From a bacterium (GTDB taxonomy: Bacteria; Patescibacteriota; Minisyncoccia; Phycocordibacterales; UBA6899): DNA of 64,000 nucleotides. A program made the position numbers and the translations under genes. The DNA lies in the NCBI GenBank assembly GCA_043744555.1, contig JAYTUL010000042.1:5854-69853 (forward strand), in the 5' to 3' direction. Positions 20,222 to 29,535 of the stretch are shown here, one piece after another; the stretch's first letter is position 1, and every line of letters starts with the position of its first letter. The notes under the pieces were generated by a model. The model worked only from the letters and a program-made list of their open reading frames with translations. It was not told where the DNA came from and made no database searches.

Positions 20222-20965
20222 CTAACTGAGTTGAGTCGCAAGTCTGATGATGAGATATAGCGTACCCGCACCGAGTAAGGTCATCACGGTCGTCATCTGC
20301 ACAGGATGTTCGTGGTGGCTTTCTGGGAGAAGATCGCTCGGGCCGATGTACAGAAAAAATCCAGTGAAGAGCGCAAGCAAAAGTCCGAGCGTGGTATCAC
20401 TTACGGTAAAAAACATTGTCGCAATTATTCCCAAGAGGGGAGTTAGTGCATCGACAAGTAGCCAGCGAAACGCGCGGGCCTTATCGCCGTGATGTTTCAT
20501 TATAAAACTGACGGTATTGATACCGTCTGAGAAATCATGGCTCAGTACTGCAACTGCAACGACGATGCCTACTGTATTTGAAACCTTGAATGCAAGTCCA
20601 ATGCCGATGCCGTCGAGCAAGCTGTGTATCGAAAGTGTACCTGCACCGAATGCTCCACGTGCTTGTTCTCCGCTCCTTGTGACATGCGGGTCGTCCCCCT
20701 CATGATCGTGTAGGTGAAGTGTGACCATGCGGTCAAGCGTGAGGTATAGCAAGAAACCAAGCGCAATAACACCTGCTACCATCTGTGCTCCGTATGTGCC
20801 CATTGCAAGTTCGAACGCTTCCGGCATGAGATCAAAGAATGCGACGCCAATGACCGCACCTGCGGAAAAACCCAAAATGAGATGCAGTCGATCTTTGAGG
20901 TGTATAGCGAACAACCCTCCAAGGAGTGTTGCAAAAAATGTAGCGATACCGATTAGAATGATCAT
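20222..20965 (-). CDS. ZIP-family divalent metal (Zn/Fe/Mn) transporter
   Basis: LGFSAGAVIG, His-rich loop HLHDHEGD, HSLLDG, HDFSDG, DLLPESHH. The ORF-track extension to 21109 overlaps the fur gene. Confidence 0.9.
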   Translation of the reverse strand: MIILIGIATFFATLLGGLFAIHLKDRLHLILGFSAGAVIGVAFFDLMPEAFELAMGTYGAQMVAGVIALGFLLYLTLDRMVTLHLHDHEGDDPHVTRSGEQARGAFGAGTLSIHSLLDGIGIGLAFKVSNTVGIVVAVAVLSHDFSDGINTVSFIMKHHGDKARAFRWLLVDALTPLLGIIATMFFTVSDTTLGLLLALFTGFFLYIGPSDLLPESHHEHPVQMTTVMTLLGAGTLYLIIRLATQLS

Positions 20966-20975
20966 AGATATATAA

Positions 20976-21419
20976 TTATACTTTAACTTGTTTTGCGCAT
21001 TTTTTACAACGACCAAAGAATTCAAGCGAGTGGTCAAGAGTGCCCGCAAACTTAATCGACCTTCTGAGTACAGCTTGCTCGATAAGTGCAATATTGCATT
21101 CGGGGACATCCTCCGTCAGTCCGCATGACCTACAGATAAGATGATGATGGTGCTCAGTTTCTAGGCGCAGTTCGTAGTGGGCATGCCCATGCTGCATATC
21201 AACTTGTCTTACTACTGAAACCGCAAGCAGTGAGTCTAGCGTGCGATACACGGTTGCCTGATCAACTTTCCCACCAAGTTTTTTGAGTATCTCTTGGGTT
21301 GTGAGTGGATGATCGGCGTTTTTGAGGACAGCAAGCAACAATAGTCGTGCGGGCGTAGCTTTATAGCCGTTTTCTCTAAGAACGGCGGAAAATTTCTCAA
21401 GTGATGGTGAAGCAAGCAT
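20976..21419 (-). CDS. Fur-family metalloregulator (Zur/Fur-like)
   Basis: KATPAR, ATVYRTL, HHHHLICRSCG, GRCKKC. Confidence 0.93.
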   Translation of the reverse strand: MLASPSLEKFSAVLRENGYKATPARLLLLAVLKNADHPLTTQEILKKLGGKVDQATVYRTLDSLLAVSVVRQVDMQHGHAHYELRLETEHHHHLICRSCGLTEDVPECNIALIEQAVLRRSIKFAGTLDHSLEFFGRCKKCAKQVKV

Positions 21420-21434
21420 GTGGGAACAATAACA

Positions 21435-21457
21435 TAAATGCGAATATTTCGCAATTA
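21435..21457. promoter_or_regulatory. Fur/Zur-type operator palindrome
   Basis: TAAATGCGAA-TAT-TTCGCAATTA directly upstream of the fur-zip pair. Confidence 0.65.
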
Positions 21458-21554
21458 CATGTGCTCAAAAGTATAAAAATAAAAAAGTCGCCGCCTTTTT
21501 AAATATTGCCCTCGCACATACGCTAACTACCCCCACACAAAGGAATTTTGTTCG

Positions 21555-21926
21555 TTACTTCCCTGTTGTATCAGAATCAAAATGGAAACGATGGAGGAGG
21601 CGATGGAGGAGTGGAGTGAAGAGGAGTCCAGCAACACCAAGGAATGCGAGACCAGAGAAGAGTGCATATACACCGGCGAATATCTTTCCACCGTCAGTAT
21701 GGAGCTCGTTCACGGGACCCATGCCACCAAGGATCATCGAGGCGTTGAGAAACGCATCAATCCATGGTAAATGCTCAAAATGATGATAGCCAAGAATGCC
21801 CACTCCAAGCGAAGTGAAGATAAGGAGTACTGCTCCTGTTACATAGAATGTTATGCGCTGTAAAAATGCAGTGCGCGGAAGAAGTTCTTGGCCTCTGTGC
21901 TCAAGGTGGAAGGCATTCTGTTTCAT
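21555..21926 (-). CDS. Small two-TM protein with an ion-channel pore-like segment
   Basis: TM-GYHHFEHLPWIDAFLNASMILGGMGP-DGGKIFAG-TM, a KcsA-like layout. Confidence 0.7.
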   Translation of the reverse strand: MKQNAFHLEHRGQELLPRTAFLQRITFYVTGAVLLIFTSLGVGILGYHHFEHLPWIDAFLNASMILGGMGPVNELHTDGGKIFAGVYALFSGLAFLGVAGLLFTPLLHRLLHRFHFDSDTTGK

Positions 21927-22012
21927 TCATATTACTATACCACGTTACAATTACTCATTAAATATGGGTTTTATTTTGCAATTTTCCCCAAAAAAACGTA
22001 CTATTTCCTCAT

Positions 22013-22549
22013 ATGAAATGTCCTACTTGCGTTACTCAATCGTTACAAGAACTCATGCTCGGAGATTCTCATGTGCATTCATGCAGAGAGTGCCGTGGTG
22101 TATGGATCGGAAAAGAAGATCTAATGAAAGGTGAAAAGATGAATCCAGAAAAGCACTGGTTGAATATCGAGCTGTGGGAAAATAAACAAAAAATAAACGC
22201 CAAAGCTTCAGAAAAGATCTGCCCTGTATGCAGTACCACACTTATGTCTATCGATCAGCATGATAGAGATTTGTCCGTCGATATGTGTAAGTCGTGTGGT
22301 GGTCTATGGCTTTCAGGTGGAGAATATCAAAAAGCGCTCGATATGCTGAAAGATGATGCAGATGGAGAGATAATGGATAACTACGCCCTAACCTTGGCCA
22401 CTCAACTAAAAGAGGTTGTTACAGGACCCAAGGATCTTACAAACGAGCTTGCAGACGTGTGGACGGTCATGAAATTCTTTCAGTGGAAAGTCGCCGCACA
22501 GCATCCTGTCCTTACTGAACTGTTTGAAGAACTGCCATTCACTCGCTAA
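22013..22549 (+). CDS. Tandem zinc-ribbon (zf-TFIIB-like) protein
   Basis: MKCPTC...CRECRGVW and CPVC...DMCKSCGGLWL. Confidence 0.8.
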   Translation: MKCPTCVTQSLQELMLGDSHVHSCRECRGVWIGKEDLMKGEKMNPEKHWLNIELWENKQKINAKASEKICPVCSTTLMSIDQHDRDLSVDMCKSCGGLWLSGGEYQKALDMLKDDADGEIMDNYALTLATQLKEVVTGPKDLTNELADVWTVMKFFQWKVAAQHPVLTELFEELPFTR

Positions 22550-22567
22550 CTTTTAATATTTATCTCT

Positions 22568-23170
22568 ATGATGACCCTTGCGCGTGATCTGTATAAATTG
22601 CTCCTTCCTAATGTGCAACTCAATAAGAGTCTACGTATTTTGGTGACGGTGAGTGTGCTCATGAACTTTGTTATTGGCATGTTCTCGCCGTTTTATGCGA
22701 TCTTCGTACAAAAAATAGGCGGCGATATCGCACTCGCGGGAGTAACGTGGGCGGTATTTGAGATAGTTTGTGGAGTGCTGACGCTACTGTTTACGCGCTG
22801 GTCGCTTCGTGTGAGGGAACAAGAGCTCCTCTTGGCGCTCGGCTACATTCTTCGCGCGGGAGTATTCTTAAGCTATGCTTTCATGACAACTATGCTTCAG
22901 CTCATCCTTACGCAAGTACTGTGGGGGATTGCCGCAGCCATCGGCGTGCCCGCCTTTGATGCCGTGTTTTCGTCGCATACAAGCAAAGACAGCTCCATTG
23001 CTGAGTGGGGAGGACTTGAGGGAGTGACATCAATTGCCGTCGGTGTGGCTGCACTAGTGGGTGGATATGCCATCAAGGCATTCGGATTTCAAATTATATT
23101 TTTCGGCATGTCCGCTATCTCGGTCATGCTAGCTATATACATATGGCGTCTTCCTCGCGAGGTGCTCTAG
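22568..23170 (+). CDS. Half-size (about 6 TM) MFS-like transporter
   Basis: MFS-like helices (SPFYAIFVQKIGG, GIAAAIGVPA, AALVGG) in a complete 200-aa ORF. Confidence 0.75.
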   Translation: MMTLARDLYKLLLPNVQLNKSLRILVTVSVLMNFVIGMFSPFYAIFVQKIGGDIALAGVTWAVFEIVCGVLTLLFTRWSLRVREQELLLALGYILRAGVFLSYAFMTTMLQLILTQVLWGIAAAIGVPAFDAVFSSHTSKDSSIAEWGGLEGVTSIAVGVAALVGGYAIKAFGFQIIFFGMSAISVMLAIYIWRLPREVL

Positions 23171-23268
23171 AATGCTTTTGAACATTCATTTTAGGAATCT
23201 CGAACATTGCCTTAGTCCAAGTCGCCACATCTCATCTCAACATGAATGTTCTGAGAAGTTTTTAGTTT
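23170..23268. repeat. Degenerate palindrome between convergent genes
   Basis: GAACATTCAT (23180) and ATGAATGTTC (23242) are complementary. Confidence 0.45.
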
Positions 23269-23269
23269 A

Positions 23270-24337
23270 CTAAAGCGTCCTTAAGTAGGAGTAGCCAGTT
23301 TCGAGGCAGTTAAGGCGGAAACGTTCGGGGAGAGTGAAGCAGAATTGGCGCGCTTCTTTATCGCGATGAAAATATGAGATGAAGTCTTTTACGGCGCCGG
23401 TTACGCAATTTTTAAATTGGTTGTCATCTTGTGCCAGTGCGCAATGCGCATTTGTGCGCACGGGGTCACTCACGCTATTACCCGAGGCATCACGCCCCAC
23501 AGACTGCGCGCAGGTATCACGGAAGTCCGCATCTACACCCGCGCATAATTTGAAGGCATTCGCAAAGTCGTAGTTCGTCTGACTGAGCGCATGTGAGGTC
23601 TGCATCAAATAGCATTGCTCTTTATATTTGGCATCAACTGCATTGCACGGATACATAAGGTCGTCTTTCTTGAGATATTTTGCATAGTGATTACGATTGT
23701 CGACCATAATGTTCTCCATGAACGTACCGCCATAGCAGGATTTGCGCTCCCAATCGCCCGACAGCTGATCGCACATACTAAGGGTTTTAAAAAGCTCATT
23801 GTGGGTAAGCGCCATGAGACCGTGCCCTAATCCGTGCACGCAATTATAGTAATCAAAACTGTAGCGTTCTTTGCCTGGAATATTGGCACAAAGTGTATTT
23901 GCACTCGCCATGAACTGTAGAGCGCCAATATTCTCGACCGCACGCTCAACAACTCCATGGTAGTAACCCGACCAGCAAAAACTGTCACCGTTGAGAAATG
24001 CTTTGGTGATATTTCCGCCATAGAGTTCTGCGGCAGTGTTTCCGATCGCATGCGCAAGCTGATGGCAATCAGAAACGACCTCTCCCGTGTGAGCGAACTG
24101 TTTTTTCAAGTCACCCATGGCAACTTTGGGTCCAAGTGCGCGGGTGATGACCTCAACGTGACGCTTTTCACAAGTAAATGTCTGCGTCGCGCCTATACAA
24201 TGAATAGAAACTGCTGGAACATAAGGGGTCGAGTGGTGCGTGAGCAGGTAAATCAAAATTGCAAGAAATATCGAGACAAGTATAAGTAAAAACAGTTTTT
24301 GGGCTTTATTTTGGACTTTATTATAGAGCCTTTGCAT
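23270..24337 (-). CDS. Membrane-anchored Cys/His-repeat protein (paralogue of 3381..4496)
   Basis: CHQLAHAIG, CWSGYYHG, CVHGLGHGLM, CYGGTFMEN and further Cys pairs. Confidence 0.8.
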   Translation of the reverse strand: MQRLYNKVQNKAQKLFLLILVSIFLAILIYLLTHHSTPYVPAVSIHCIGATQTFTCEKRHVEVITRALGPKVAMGDLKKQFAHTGEVVSDCHQLAHAIGNTAAELYGGNITKAFLNGDSFCWSGYYHGVVERAVENIGALQFMASANTLCANIPGKERYSFDYYNCVHGLGHGLMALTHNELFKTLSMCDQLSGDWERKSCYGGTFMENIMVDNRNHYAKYLKKDDLMYPCNAVDAKYKEQCYLMQTSHALSQTNYDFANAFKLCAGVDADFRDTCAQSVGRDASGNSVSDPVRTNAHCALAQDDNQFKNCVTGAVKDFISYFHRDKEARQFCFTLPERFRLNCLETGYSYLRTL

Positions 24338-24409
24338 GATGTAGATTATTGTAGCGCAAACGCACCCACCTGCAATGCGGTTATCTGGCACTTACTCAAG
24401 TAGCGTTTC

Positions 24410-24910
24410 GAGGGCGTGCTCGAAGAGCTCGCGATAACAAATTTCAAGTTGCCGATGTGCGCAACCAAGGCTCGCGTTCTCGCATTTCATGGATTCAGCG
24501 GACATTAGATTCAGGCAGATATGAATAATTTGGGTAATTCGCTTCGCGCTGCTTGGCACTTTTTTCGGCGATTGATCTATCGAACCATGGTCAGTCTGTG
24601 GCGCCTTACGAAGAGGCGATGCGCGGGAAAATTTCTTCGATGATCCCCTTAGTACGAGCAGTAAATGTCGCAATATACAAAGCCTTGCCACTCAAGTCCG
24701 ATCGCCCGATTCCACTTTATCTTATTGGGATACAGCGCAGGTGCAATTGCGCTCCTTACGTTCTTGCAGCACTTTCCGTCAGTTCAAAAGTACATAGCGG
24801 GAATCGTGATCGTAGGCGGTGCATTTCAGGTCGACCACACTGCGCGGGCGTGGCTTCTTGAGCATTCTTACCTTGCACGACTGGTAAACAAGCTCATGTT
24901 TTGGGAATAA
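24410..24910 (+). pseudogene. Disrupted alpha/beta hydrolase (lysophospholipase-like)
   Basis: KARVLAFHGFSGH* (in-frame TAG), then AIDLSNHGQS and GYSAGA nucleophile elbow in shifted frames. Confidence 0.7.
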
Positions 24911-25004
24911 ACACCGCCTTATCTGAGGTAGTTTTTATTTTTTAGATCATAACATGATACACTCATCAAACATTTAGTAGGTGGTCTTTATAAAATATTT
25001 TTAT

Positions 25005-25373
25005 ATGTTGAACGAATTTAAAGCATTTGCGATGAAGGGGAATGTCATTGATCTGGCGATCGGTGTCGTCATTGGTGGCGCGTTTGGTGCAATCGTTTCC
25101 TCTCTTGTCGGCGATATTATTATGCCGCTAATTGGCGCAATCACTGGTGGTATTGATTTTTCGGGACTCCACGTTTCTATAGGTAGTGCTTCTATCGCTT
25201 ATGGAAAGTTCATTCAGTCCGCGTTCATTTTTGTCATCGTTGCGTTTGTGCTTTTTATGGTAGTGAAGGCTATGAATAAAATGAAGAAAGAAGATGAAAA
25301 ATTACCTGAGGTTAAAGCGGATTCCGCTGAATTTAAGGTCCTGATAGAGATCCGAGACCTTCTAAAGAAATAA
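25005..25373 (+). CDS. mscL: Large-conductance mechanosensitive channel
   Basis: [25 protein letters not shown]...EIRDLL. Confidence 0.95.
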   Translation: MLNEFKAFAMKGNVIDLAIGVVIGGAFGAIVSSLVGDIIMPLIGAITGGIDFSGLHVSIGSASIAYGKFIQSAFIFVIVAFVLFMVVKAMNKMKKEDEKLPEVKADSAEFKVLIEIRDLLKK

Positions 25374-25400
25374 GTAATACCTTTATGCTATAGTCAGAGT

Positions 25401-26030
25401 ATGGCATCGCTTATACTCTTAATCCAGAATTACGGATATATACTCGTTTTTTTCTTTACTCTTCTTGAGGGTGAAACTATTGTTGCACTCGCAGGTTTTG
25501 TCGCGTATCAGGGCTACCTCAATATCTACGTTGTTGTACTTGTGGCAATATGTGGAGCTGTCATAGGAGATCAAGGGTATTTCTATTTAGGGCGATATAA
25601 GGGGAAACAATTTCTTTCCTCAAGGCCGAAACTCCTTGCGCGCGTCACGCGCATTCATGGACTTATAGAACGCCATCAAAATTGGCTGATGTTCGGCTCG
25701 CGTTTCATGTACGGATTTCGTATCGCACTTCCTATCGCCTTTGGCACTGCTAATATCAAGCGTTTGAAGTATCTGGGTTTTAATTTTATGGGTGCAATAC
25801 TTTGGAGTGTATTCTTCGCAGTCGGGGGATATATCCTAGGTGATGCGATCGAACGATTTATCGTGCATGTACAACGGGCAGAAAAATTCATCGTTCTGGG
25901 TGTTATCGTCAGTATCGCTTTAGTGCAGACGATCATGTTCTTGCGCCGACGCATCACATCGCGGCTTGAAGCAGAAGAGGAGAGGGCAGAAAGTGCGAGA
26001 AATGCTTCTTCGGAACCACCACTACCGTAG
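25401..26030 (+). CDS. DedA family membrane protein
   Basis: LEGET, GDQGYFYLGR, SRFMYGFR. Confidence 0.9.
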   Translation: MASLILLIQNYGYILVFFFTLLEGETIVALAGFVAYQGYLNIYVVVLVAICGAVIGDQGYFYLGRYKGKQFLSSRPKLLARVTRIHGLIERHQNWLMFGSRFMYGFRIALPIAFGTANIKRLKYLGFNFMGAILWSVFFAVGGYILGDAIERFIVHVQRAEKFIVLGVIVSIALVQTIMFLRRRITSRLEAEEERAESARNASSEPPLP

Positions 26031-26073
26031 CTGACTGCCAAAGACTCATATTCTCCATGTTATACTTTCACTA

Positions 26074-26715
26074 ATGGATAATGGCTCTTCGCGCTCGCTT
26101 CTCACCGCACTTCTTTTTGCGTATCTTCTTTTGTGCATAGTGCTTGCAATCCACCCCATCGATAGGACAACCTGGTTCGTCGAGAACATAACGGTGTGGA
26201 TCATTGTCGCAACTATAGCCGTTTTATATATCCGTGGCATTCGTTTTTCAAACACGGCCTACCTCTTGATGTCAGCACTCATCTATCTACACACCATCGG
26301 AGGGCACTACACCTTTGCGCTGGTGCCCTTTGATCGCGTGACTGAATTTTTTGGTCTTGACCGCAATAATTTTGACCGCATTGCCCACTTCTCTGTGGGG
26401 TTCTATGCGTACGCTATCGCCGAGTGGCTATGGACGAAACGCTTGGTACGGAGCAGGTTTTTGCTTGCGACATACCCCATCTTTGCTATTGCAACGGTGG
26501 CAATGAGCTATGAGGTCATCGAATGGATCTATGCAGTCGTAAATGATCCCGCCGCTTCCGCCGCGTACCTCGGAAGCCAAGGTGATATTTGGGATGCACA
26601 AAAAGACATGCTTGCCGATATGCTGGGCGCATTCACAGCAACAGCTTTTTTCTTTTGGATGCACGGCGTGAAGCGGATCAAGAGTGAACTCTCCCTTACG
26701 CATCAACTTGGCTGA
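26074..26715 (+). CDS. DUF2238 (YjdF-like) inner membrane protein
   Basis: HTIGGHYTFALVP, RNNFDRIAHF, YEVIEW, GSQGDIWDAQKDM. Confidence 0.9.
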   Translation: MDNGSSRSLLTALLFAYLLLCIVLAIHPIDRTTWFVENITVWIIVATIAVLYIRGIRFSNTAYLLMSALIYLHTIGGHYTFALVPFDRVTEFFGLDRNNFDRIAHFSVGFYAYAIAEWLWTKRLVRSRFLLATYPIFAIATVAMSYEVIEWIYAVVNDPAASAAYLGSQGDIWDAQKDMLADMLGAFTATAFFFWMHGVKRIKSELSLTHQLG

Positions 26716-26721
26716 ACCGAT

Positions 26722-28260
26722 ATGAAACAACAGAGACCTACAAACCACACCCACTGGGCAAAGCAAAAACCTGAACTATATATGCTTGCCGGCCTCTTTG
26801 TGTCCTGCATGGCCATAGTGATGGCGGGTAACACCCTTCTGCCCGCCTCACAGTCTATCGCCAACTCTTCTCCCGCACTCTTGTATAAAGTAGCGATGAA
26901 TGAAGAGATGCATCGACCGACCGTCAGTGTTCCGGAAGCAGGAAAATTGATCGCGGTCGACTTGAATTCAATGGAGCTGTCACTTTATGAAGATAGCGTA
27001 AAGGAAAAGACATTCACCATACTTTCTCGTGGCAGAGAGGGTACAGCATGGGAAACTCCGACGGGAAAATATAGAATACAGTCAAAAGAGCTGAAACACC
27101 TCTCAAGCATAGGCGGTACGTGGATGCCGTACAGTATGCAATTTTATGGAAATTTTTTCATTCATGGCTGGCCAACATACAAGAATGGAGAGAACGTGCC
27201 CGTCGGTTATTCGGGGGGGTGCATCCGTATGTCGACCGCGGACGCAAGTGAAGTGTATGCATTTGCAGCACTCGGAACTCGCGTCATTGTGAGTGGCGGG
27301 ACCTCAAAAGATACATATGCGACAACTTCACGCTATTACCTGCATCTGCCAGAAAAGTCAGACTCATTAGTGGCAGAAAAGATCTTGCCGACTGTTACCG
27401 CCCCGTCCTTTGTTGTCTCAGATGCGATGACAGGAGATGTGTTGTGGGAGCGCGGTGCCTCACATGCACTTTCGCCTGGGGCGCTTGTTTCACTCGCGAC
27501 CGCCCTCACTGCGGTCGAGACAGTCAACCAATATAAGATCGTGCGCATGGGTGAGCTACTGCTCGGGAAGTCCGTCTTGCGTAAGGAGACACTTGGATAT
27601 GCTGATGAGCTGCCGGTTGGAACCCTTATCTATCCGCTTCTGTATGACACGAGCGACACAGCAGCAAAAGTATTCTCACGTGAACACGGTGAACGAAAGT
27701 TTAAGTCATACATGAACGAAAAAGCGGAAGCGATAGGAATGAACGCGACGCATTTTGGGGGAGGGTCATCGCAAGATGCATCGACCTCGACTGCTCGCGA
27801 CCTTGATATGCTTTTGCGTTACACTCTCTTGCATAAACATTTTCTTGTCGCAGCCTCATTGTCGAGTAAGCGCACTATTGTTGATAGCGATGGGAACCGT
27901 CGCTTCGAATGGGAAAATAAGAACCCGTGGGTACAGAACGGCGACCCCGCTTATCGCGGTGGCATCGCAAAAGAAGAAGATGACGGAAGTGGTAGTGCGA
28001 TGACACTTTTTGATCTGCCCGTGTCTGAATTTGGCGCGAGGACGATAGCGATAGTTATCCTTGGTTCGAAGGATCTTAAGGGAGATGTTTCGGTGCTCAA
28101 ACAATTTGTTGCTGATTACTACGTCTATGATATCGAGCGCAAAGAACAGTTCACCCACGAGGGGATGGAGCCAACGCCCTCACTTTATCAAAAAGCTTCG
28201 ACCTTGCTTGGTCTTGAGAAACTTTTGAAGCAAGACATCGTTTATGATCGCGAGATATGA
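26722..28260 (+). CDS. L,D-transpeptidase (YkuD) fused to a degenerate D-Ala-D-Ala carboxypeptidase (S11) domain
   Basis: ETPTGKY, FIHGWP, SGGCIRM; C-terminal PBP5-like fold (MNEKAEAIGMNATHF, STARDL). Confidence 0.85.
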   Translation: MKQQRPTNHTHWAKQKPELYMLAGLFVSCMAIVMAGNTLLPASQSIANSSPALLYKVAMNEEMHRPTVSVPEAGKLIAVDLNSMELSLYEDSVKEKTFTILSRGREGTAWETPTGKYRIQSKELKHLSSIGGTWMPYSMQFYGNFFIHGWPTYKNGENVPVGYSGGCIRMSTADASEVYAFAALGTRVIVSGGTSKDTYATTSRYYLHLPEKSDSLVAEKILPTVTAPSFVVSDAMTGDVLWERGASHALSPGALVSLATALTAVETVNQYKIVRMGELLLGKSVLRKETLGYADELPVGTLIYPLLYDTSDTAAKVFSREHGERKFKSYMNEKAEAIGMNATHFGGGSSQDASTSTARDLDMLLRYTLLHKHFLVAASLSSKRTIVDSDGNRRFEWENKNPWVQNGDPAYRGGIAKEEDDGSGSAMTLFDLPVSEFGARTIAIVILGSKDLKGDVSVLKQFVADYYVYDIERKEQFTHEGMEPTPSLYQKASTLLGLEKLLKQDIVYDREI

Positions 28261-28775
28261 TCTGGCTTGAACTCCCATGGCTGCCCGTGTCTGCACTCAT
28301 CTTTTTGCTGTGTATCCTCGCGATTCGAGAGACGTTCTTATCGAGAAGTTTTATAAAAGGAGACCCTGAACGTGGGATGGCAGTATTTAATCTCTGTGTG
28401 CTCATCGCTTCTATAATGGGCATACTTTACGGCGTACATTTTCTCTATATACACGAGCGCAAACTTGAGAGACAGATCCCAACGTACGCACCTGCACGCT
28501 ACGCACCTGAGCGTGAAGTATTTCGCGATGGGGTGTTTAGTAAAACATGGATATATGTTTCAGGTGATACTCCGGAGACTATCGTCCTTTATTATGCTGC
28601 ACTCACTCAAGTAGGCGACCTCAGTATAATCGTCGACACATCAGTGGTGGGAAGCCCAAAGCTTTTGTTTGTGTCAGCAAAGAAGAAAAATATATTCTTG
28701 ACCATCGAAAAGGAAGACAATAAGTCAGTACTCTACTACGGAGAAGAAGGAGAGGCGCGCACGGTATCGAGATGA
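28257..28775 (+). CDS. Hypothetical membrane protein
   Basis: ATGA overlap with the upstream gene; two TM segments. Confidence 0.65.
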   Translation: MIWLELPWLPVSALIFLLCILAIRETFLSRSFIKGDPERGMAVFNLCVLIASIMGILYGVHFLYIHERKLERQIPTYAPARYAPEREVFRDGVFSKTWIYVSGDTPETIVLYYAALTQVGDLSIIVDTSVVGSPKLLFVSAKKKNIFLTIEKEDNKSVLYYGEEGEARTVSR

Positions 28776-29431
28776 GCCTGGGATAGAGGAACAGAAAGAA
28801 CAATACCATCAAGAATAGGAGCAATTTTGTCAGCTATTTTCATATAGCCGGCATCATTTGGGTGGACCTCATCACTCATGAGCTTTGCATTGCCGAATAC
28901 CCCATCAAGTACATTTGCAACATAGAGACTTCCCGTGCTCCTTGCGAGCGTTTGGAAATCGGCATTGAATTTATCATGTAACAGTCCGCCGCGCACTCCA
29001 AGCAGGAGCACAACCGCACCTTGTGACTGTACTTTTTTTATGATCTGCGAGAGATTGGCAAATGTTTCTTCCTGTGGAATTTTTTTCAAATAATCATTTC
29101 CACCCAAAAGAATGATAACGATATCAGAATGAAGGGGAATGATGTCTGTATCGATACGCGCTAGTGCATCGGCGGTCGTGTTTCCTGATACACCGCGATT
29201 GACTATGGTAATACCAAGTCTACGCTCGAGAACTCCAAGATAGCCATTATCAGGAGTTGAAGCTCCCACCCCCAGAGTGAGGCTATCGCCAAGTGCTACG
29301 ATAATCGGGCCTTTGGGTGGGAAATTGACTATAGGATACAGGCCTCCATACTGGCTCACTATTTGATAGATAAGAAAGATAAAAATACCTGCAATGATGA
29401 GATATAACTTTTTCTTACCTTCTGACTTCAT
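28736..29431 (-). CDS. GDSL/SGNH esterase (arylesterase-like)
   Basis: GDSLT, NRGVSG, LGGND, DEVHPN. Confidence 0.92.
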   Translation of the reverse strand: MKSEGKKKLYLIIAGIFIFLIYQIVSQYGGLYPIVNFPPKGPIIVALGDSLTLGVGASTPDNGYLGVLERRLGITIVNRGVSGNTTADALARIDTDIIPLHSDIVIILLGGNDYLKKIPQEETFANLSQIIKKVQSQGAVVLLLGVRGGLLHDKFNADFQTLARSTGSLYVANVLDGVFGNAKLMSDEVHPNDAGYMKIADKIAPILDGIVLSVPLSQAHLDTVRASPSSP

Positions 29432-29499
29432 GAAACCATCCTAGCATGACTCTCGTTATAACATAGACGAATAACGCAGAATGCGACCTTACCATAGCA

Positions 29500-29528
29500 T
29501 TGTACATTTAAAATAACTGTGTTATAAT
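29500..29528 (+). promoter_or_regulatory. Sigma70-type promoter of clpB (probably leaderless)
   Basis: TTGTAC-17 bp-TATAAT with extended TG; ATG 7 nt downstream. Confidence 0.7.
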
Positions 29529-29535
29529 ACCGACC

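Noticed and set aside
29432-29535. CIRCE (HrcA) operator before clpB
   Set aside because: No TTAGCACTC-N9-GAGTGCTAA match.
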